From: Candidatus Eiseniibacteriota bacterium
Lineage (GTDB): Bacteria; Orphanbacterota; Orphanbacteria; Orphanbacterales; Orphanbacteraceae
Direction of reading: 5' to 3'
NCBI GenBank assembly: GCA_043809585.1
Contig: JBDROZ010000003.1
Location: forward strand, 44,422 to 64,421
Length of the DNA: 20,000 nucleotides
Part shown: positions 16,180-20,000 of the stretch, piece after piece
How positions within the stretch are numbered: position 1 is the stretch's first letter
Layout: every line of letters starts with the position of its first letter
Notes under the pieces: model-generated
What the model was told of the DNA's origin: nothing
The model's input: the letters and a program-made list of their open reading frames with translations, nothing else
Databases searched by the model: none
Translations under genes and position numbers: made by a program

Positions 16180-16208
16180 TTGCCATAGGTTAATCAATAT
16201 GCTAGAGT
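16180..16208 (+). promoter_or_regulatory. sigma70 promoter for the vWA gene
   Basis: TTGCCA-17-TAGAGT with extended TG, in an AT-rich patch. Confidence 0.6.
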
Positions 16209-16317
16209 GCTCTGCTTAGAAGCTCCAGAACTCCCCCGAGGTCCGGATCGCCCCTGGCCGTCCAAAGCGCTGGAAAACCACGCAACTGTCCGGCAACCAG
16301 AAAGGCAGAGTGCTCAC

Positions 16318-17265
16318 TTGAGAAACGGCATACTGTTAGTCGTCGGAGTCTTATTCCTCTGTAGTGGCGGTGTGGGCCTGGCGGACGTCAGCCCGAACGA
16401 AGCGGGATTGGCGCTCCCTCGCGGCGAGGGCGTCTCCGAATACCAGCCGCCGACCCTCATCGATAGCGATTGCAACTGCATCGATCTCGTGCTCGTGATC
16501 GACGACACGGGTAGCATGTTCGGCGCGATCGCCAACGTGGCGGCCGGAATCGAAGACATCATCGATTTGGCCGACTCCACCTGCGGTAGCGTCCAGGCGG
16601 CCCTCGTGACGTTTTCGGACACAGTGGAGGTCGACGAGGACCTGACCTTCAACGTGGCGGCCGTGAAGACGGCGGTGGGCAATCTGATCGCCACCGGCGG
16701 CGTCGGCATTCCGGAGGCTTCCGACGAGGCGCTCCGCGAGGTGCTGACCGAGCCGGGCACGATCTGCACGAAGATCGGCGATTTCACGACCGGGGCGTTT
16801 CGGGACACCTGCTGCCGGGTCGTCGTGCTCGTGACGGACGCCCAGCCGGGCGGCTGCGACGACTTCTACGATGCGGGAGTCGACATGCCGAACGCTCATG
16901 ACCGGGCCCTCGAGGCGGCGGCGGCAGGCATTCAGATCGGCGCGCTGTTCGTTCCTACCTTCGGCGATCCGGGCGATATCGTGACCATCATGACCGACTA
17001 CGCCGGGACTTCCGGCGGCGTCTACGGCCAGACCGCCGCGGACGGGAACGGCACGGCGGCGGCCATCGAGCAGCTCATTCTGGACTGCATCGGGCAGGCG
17101 CAGACCGAGCTTTGCTGCATCCCCGACGCGCACCAGTGCGTCGAGGTCCTTGCCGGCCAGTGCGACGCGCTCGGCGGTTATGTCGTCTCCGACTGTTCGG
17201 AATGCGAGTTCACGGGGACCGAGAGTTCGAGCTGGGGAACCGTCAAGAAGTTGTTCCGCGACTGA
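16318..17265 (+). CDS. Secreted von Willebrand factor A (vWA) domain protein with Cys-rich module and SWGxVKxLF tail
   Basis: Probable TTG start at 16318 gives a signal peptide (MRNGILLVVGVLFLCSGGVGLA); MIDAS-like DLVLVIDDTGSM, ATGG..PEA and LVTDA; Cys-rich CC..C..C..GG..C..C; ends TESSSWGTVKKLFRD. Confidence 0.8.
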   Translation: MRNGILLVVGVLFLCSGGVGLADVSPNEAGLALPRGEGVSEYQPPTLIDSDCNCIDLVLVIDDTGSMFGAIANVAAGIEDIIDLADSTCGSVQAALVTFSDTVEVDEDLTFNVAAVKTAVGNLIATGGVGIPEASDEALREVLTEPGTICTKIGDFTTGAFRDTCCRVVVLVTDAQPGGCDDFYDAGVDMPNAHDRALEAAAAGIQIGALFVPTFGDPGDIVTIMTDYAGTSGGVYGQTAADGNGTAAAIEQLILDCIGQAQTELCCIPDAHQCVEVLAGQCDALGGYVVSDCSECEFTGTESSSWGTVKKLFRD

Positions 17266-17286
17266 GTTTCGGCGAATGAATCAAGG

Positions 17287-17333
17287 GCGAAAGCGGGGCC
17301 GGTCTCCCATCGGGGACCGGCCTTCGCTTTTGC
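17287..17333 (+). terminator. Intrinsic terminator
   Basis: aaagcggggccggtctcc / ggggaccggccttcgcttt stem followed by a T run, about 20 nt after the vWA stop. Confidence 0.75.
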
Positions 17334-17603
17334 CGCGCGGAACGATGGTGACGGGATGGCCGCCGCCGTCGGCCACACCCTCATGGGACCGTCCACCCGG
17401 TGCGGCCGGAAACCGCACCTCCCACCCCGTCCCCCGCGCCACGGTCAACTAGTGTCTGTCCCCATTTCGGGAGGGATGGTAGACTTGTCGGAGCCGCTGG
17501 CTAGGGCGGCTCGTTTTCAATGTCCCGGCACAGAACCGGTCCGGCAACTCGATGCCGGACAGATAGTTACCCTTCTATCCCCGCGGGAATGAGGAAGAGA
17601 GCG

Positions 17604-19115
17604 ATGAAGGACTTCTTGCAGCGTCTCGGGATTCGAGAGGTGAATTCCGGGGCGTGCCACGCCGAGTGGCTCGACACGAAAGGGGGCGAACTCGTCACCT
17701 TCTGTCCGGCCGACGAGAAACCGATCGCCAAAGTGAACCAGGCGACCGAGGACGATTACGAGACGGTCGTGCGGAAGGCCCAGGAGGTCTTCAAGGAGTG
17801 GCGGATGCTCCCCGCGCCTCAGCGGGGCGAGATCGTGCGCCAGATCGGCGAGGCCCTTCGGGAGAAGAAGGACGACCTCGGCCGCCTCGTCTCGTACGAG
17901 ATGGGCAAGATCCGCTCCGAGGGTCTCGGCGAGGTGCAGGAGGCGATCGACATCGCCGACTTCGCCGTCGGCCTTTCGCGTCAGCTCTACGGCAAGACCA
18001 TGCACTCCGAGCGCCCCCTCCACCGGATGTACGAGCAGTGGCACCCCCTCGGGACGATCGGCATCGTCACGGCCTTCAACTTCCCCGTCGCCGTATGGGC
18101 GTGGAACGCCATGATCGCCATGGTCTGCGGCGACACGATGATCTGGAAGCCCTCCTCCCAGACGCCGCTCTGCGCCATCGGCACCCAGAACGTGGTGAAC
18201 GAGGTGCTCAGCAAGAACGGCTGGGGGGGCGTCTCGGGCGTCGTCATCGGCCGGGGGAGCACGGTGGGTGAGAAGATGATCGCCGACCGCCGCCTTCCCC
18301 TCATCTCGGCGACCGGCTCCTGCCGGATGGGCCGCCGCATCGGCGAGGTCGTCGCGGGGCGCCTCGGCCGCTGCCTCCTCGAACTGGGCGGGAACAACGC
18401 GATCATCGTCGACGAAAGCGCGGACCTCGACATGACGGCCCGGGCGATCCTCTTCGGCGCCGTCGGCACCGCCGGCCAGCGGTGCACCTCGACCCGGCGA
18501 ATCTTCGCCCACAAAAAAATCCACGACACTCTCGTCCATAGCCTGGTCAAGGCGTACGGATCGATCCCGATCGGCGATCCCCTCGACACGAAGACCCTCA
18601 TGGGACCCCTCGTGAACGAGGAAGCCGTGGTCACCATGGAGAAGGCGATCGGGCAGGCGAAAGCCGAGGGGGGCAAGATCCTCACCGGCGGCAAGCGGAA
18701 AGAGGGCGCCGGCCATTTCGTGGAGCCGACCATCGTCAGCATCGACCCCGCGGCGAAGATCGTCCAGGACGAGACCTTTGCGCCGATCCTCTACGTCTTC
18801 CCTTACGAGGACCTGGATCGGGCGATCGAATGGCACAACGCCGTCGACCAGGGGCTCTCGTCCGCCATGTTCACGAACAACGTCCGGCGGGGCGAAACCT
18901 TCCTCAGCCATCGTGGTTCGGACTGCGGCATCGCCAACCTGAACATCGGGACGAGCGGCGCCGAGATCGGCGGCGCCTTCGGCGGCGAGAAGGACACGGG
19001 GGGGGGCAGGGAAGCGGGCTCCGATTCTTGGAAGGCGTACATGCGCCGGCAAACCTGCACAATTAACTGGGGGAAAGAACTTCCCCTGGCCCAGGGCGTG
19101 AAGTTTGATTTGTGA
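17604..19115 (+). CDS. Aldehyde dehydrogenase, ALDH7 family (piperideine-6-carboxylate / aminoadipate-semialdehyde dehydrogenase-like)
   Basis: GLSRQLYG.TMHSERP.HRMYEQWHPLG, AFNFPVAVWAWN, LELGGNN, GTAGQRCT, DCGIAN.NIGTSGAEIGGAFGGEK.TGGGRE.GSD.WK.YMRRQT and LPLAQGV motifs; ATG 17604 after GAGGA. Confidence 0.95.
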   Translation: MKDFLQRLGIREVNSGACHAEWLDTKGGELVTFCPADEKPIAKVNQATEDDYETVVRKAQEVFKEWRMLPAPQRGEIVRQIGEALREKKDDLGRLVSYEMGKIRSEGLGEVQEAIDIADFAVGLSRQLYGKTMHSERPLHRMYEQWHPLGTIGIVTAFNFPVAVWAWNAMIAMVCGDTMIWKPSSQTPLCAIGTQNVVNEVLSKNGWGGVSGVVIGRGSTVGEKMIADRRLPLISATGSCRMGRRIGEVVAGRLGRCLLELGGNNAIIVDESADLDMTARAILFGAVGTAGQRCTSTRRIFAHKKIHDTLVHSLVKAYGSIPIGDPLDTKTLMGPLVNEEAVVTMEKAIGQAKAEGGKILTGGKRKEGAGHFVEPTIVSIDPAAKIVQDETFAPILYVFPYEDLDRAIEWHNAVDQGLSSAMFTNNVRRGETFLSHRGSDCGIANLNIGTSGAEIGGAFGGEKDTGGGREAGSDSWKAYMRRQTCTINWGKELPLAQGVKFDL

Positions 19116-19170
19116 GGTTTGACAAAAGGCAAGAACTCCGGCTGGCGGCCCGGACAATCTGGCACGACAG

Positions 19171-19228
19171 AGGGCGGACCCGCGAATCTGGTGAATGTCA
19201 CCGGCCGGGTTCGCCCCTTTAACTTTCT
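19171..19228 (+). terminator. Possible terminator of the ALDH gene
   Basis: gggcggacccg / cgggttcgccc stem with inner ctggtga/tcaccgg, followed by T-rich ctttaacttt. Confidence 0.45.
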
Positions 19229-19280
19229 CTGGTTTAATGAATTAATCGGAGTCTGGTGAATGGAGATCCCTTTCGCCGGA

Positions 19281-19297
19281 TTGGCACCGCCCATGCA
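19281..19297 (+). promoter_or_regulatory. sigma54 (-24/-12) promoter-like site
   Basis: TTGGCAC-cgccc-ATGCA with exact GG-N10-GC spacing; an AT-rich tract (about 19218-19247) lies upstream. Confidence 0.5.
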
Positions 19298-19455
19298 ATG
19301 GCAACGGGGCGAGCGTACTATCCGAGAATCCCCTCGGGGCGGCGACAGGGGAGGGCGCGATCGGGCCCTCCGCATCTGGGTCGAGACATCGTGGGAAGTG
19401 TGGGGTTGATGTGAAAATCGGCCCTCCCCAGCCGCCTGAATCTGGTATACTTTGC

Positions 19456-19563
19456 AAGGGGAGAAGTGAAACCGTAACGCTCAGGTGGCCAAACTCTCTG
19501 CCGGGGGAGGGGTCGGTCATAAGGCAGTGACGCGATGCGTCACACGGTGGATCTTCTCCCCTT
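19456..19563 (+). ncRNA. Candidate structured small RNA or 5' leader
   Basis: Starts just after extended -10 TGgTATACT (19443-19451); closed by an 11-bp perfect stem aaggggagaag/cttctcccctt; inner accgt/acggt stem and gtgacgc/gcgtcac hairpin. Confidence 0.35.
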
Positions 19564-20000
19564 CGTTTCGCCTCTAAAGAAGAGGCGGCGAAGAAGAAAA
19601 CGGAATAACGGAATCGGTTTCCTTCGGCCGGAATCAGTAACCCGCCTCGCCCGTCCCTTGCGCCGAATGCCGGTTCCGTTCTTCCGGGGCTCGCGGCCGA
19701 CAGAGCTCGCGGGCCCTCTCGTTCTCGCGAGAGAAATCCAGAAGTCGATTGGAACATCCCTGCGGAGGAGCCGGCCGGAAGGCCGGCTTCTTCGTCTGTG
19801 GGGGGAGAGCGGGCGGCAGCCCTGCAAAAGCAAACGTACGGGCAGGGCCTGTCCGGGGCCCGGGTGGGCGTGTGGCGGCTCAGACATCGCGTGCGCTCTC
19901 TTCGGGCTTCTTGAAACCACCTAGTCCCCGGCGTGCGCACGCGAACTCGCCGCCTCACCCACCCACCCGAGCCCCGGCCACCCGCCCGTGGTTACGAATA

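Noticed and set aside
16207-16317. Upstream GTG start for the vWA gene
   Set aside because: It overlaps the predicted -10 element and would bury the signal peptide.
17449-17468. ctagtgtctgtccccattt, resembling one arm of a REP-like repeat
   Set aside because: No partner arm or second copy in the window.
19159-19176. Second sigma54 site CTGGCACG
   Set aside because: The -12 position reads GG rather than GC.
19535-19924. 129-aa (+) and 126-aa (-) ORFs at the right end
   Set aside because: No SD, atypical composition and no recognisable motifs; not called, though not strictly excluded.
1-20000. CRISPR array, tRNA/rRNA, transposase, integrase or defence genes
   Set aside because: No regularly spaced direct repeats, RNA-gene signatures or corresponding protein motifs were seen.

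Overview
This GC-rich bacterial window is probably from an FCB-group candidate phylum (Eisenbacteria/Krumholzibacteriota-like). That placement is an inference from the short Bacteroidetes-type sigma factor and a C-terminal 'SWGxVKxLF' tail on a secreted protein. Gene order: 5'-truncated sulfatase (+); MerR regulator plus short RpoD/SigA-family sigma (-); lipoprotein plus GT-C/ArnT-like membrane protein (-); MBL-fold hydrolase plus aroC (+); carbamoyltransferase plus SxtJ-like protein (-); isochorismatase-family hydrolase (+); site-2 protease (-); YigZ (+); a metal-uptake operon of small HxH/CxxC/RGPP leader ORF, His-rich outer-membrane barrel, ZnuA-like binding protein and ZnuB-like permease, with no ATPase (+); secreted vWA protein (+); ALDH7-family dehydrogenase (+); then about 0.9 kb of structured non-coding DNA. 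Highlights: (1) a probably leaderless DUF2946/CruR-like RGPP arrest peptide whose Gly-Pro-Pro codons can pair with the Shine-Dalgarno of the downstream outer-membrane metal transporter gene, suggesting metal-sensing translational attenuation of a Znu-type system; (2) two related palindromic MITE/RPE-like elements with conserved cores, unrelated but self-complementary arms, and a 3-hairpin insert in one copy; (3) a 4-Cys MerR that may autoregulate and is apparently co-transcribed with a sigma paralogue; (4) candidate ncRNA(s) behind sigma54-like and extended -10 promoters at the right end. All assignments come from motif recognition by eye; no database searches were run.
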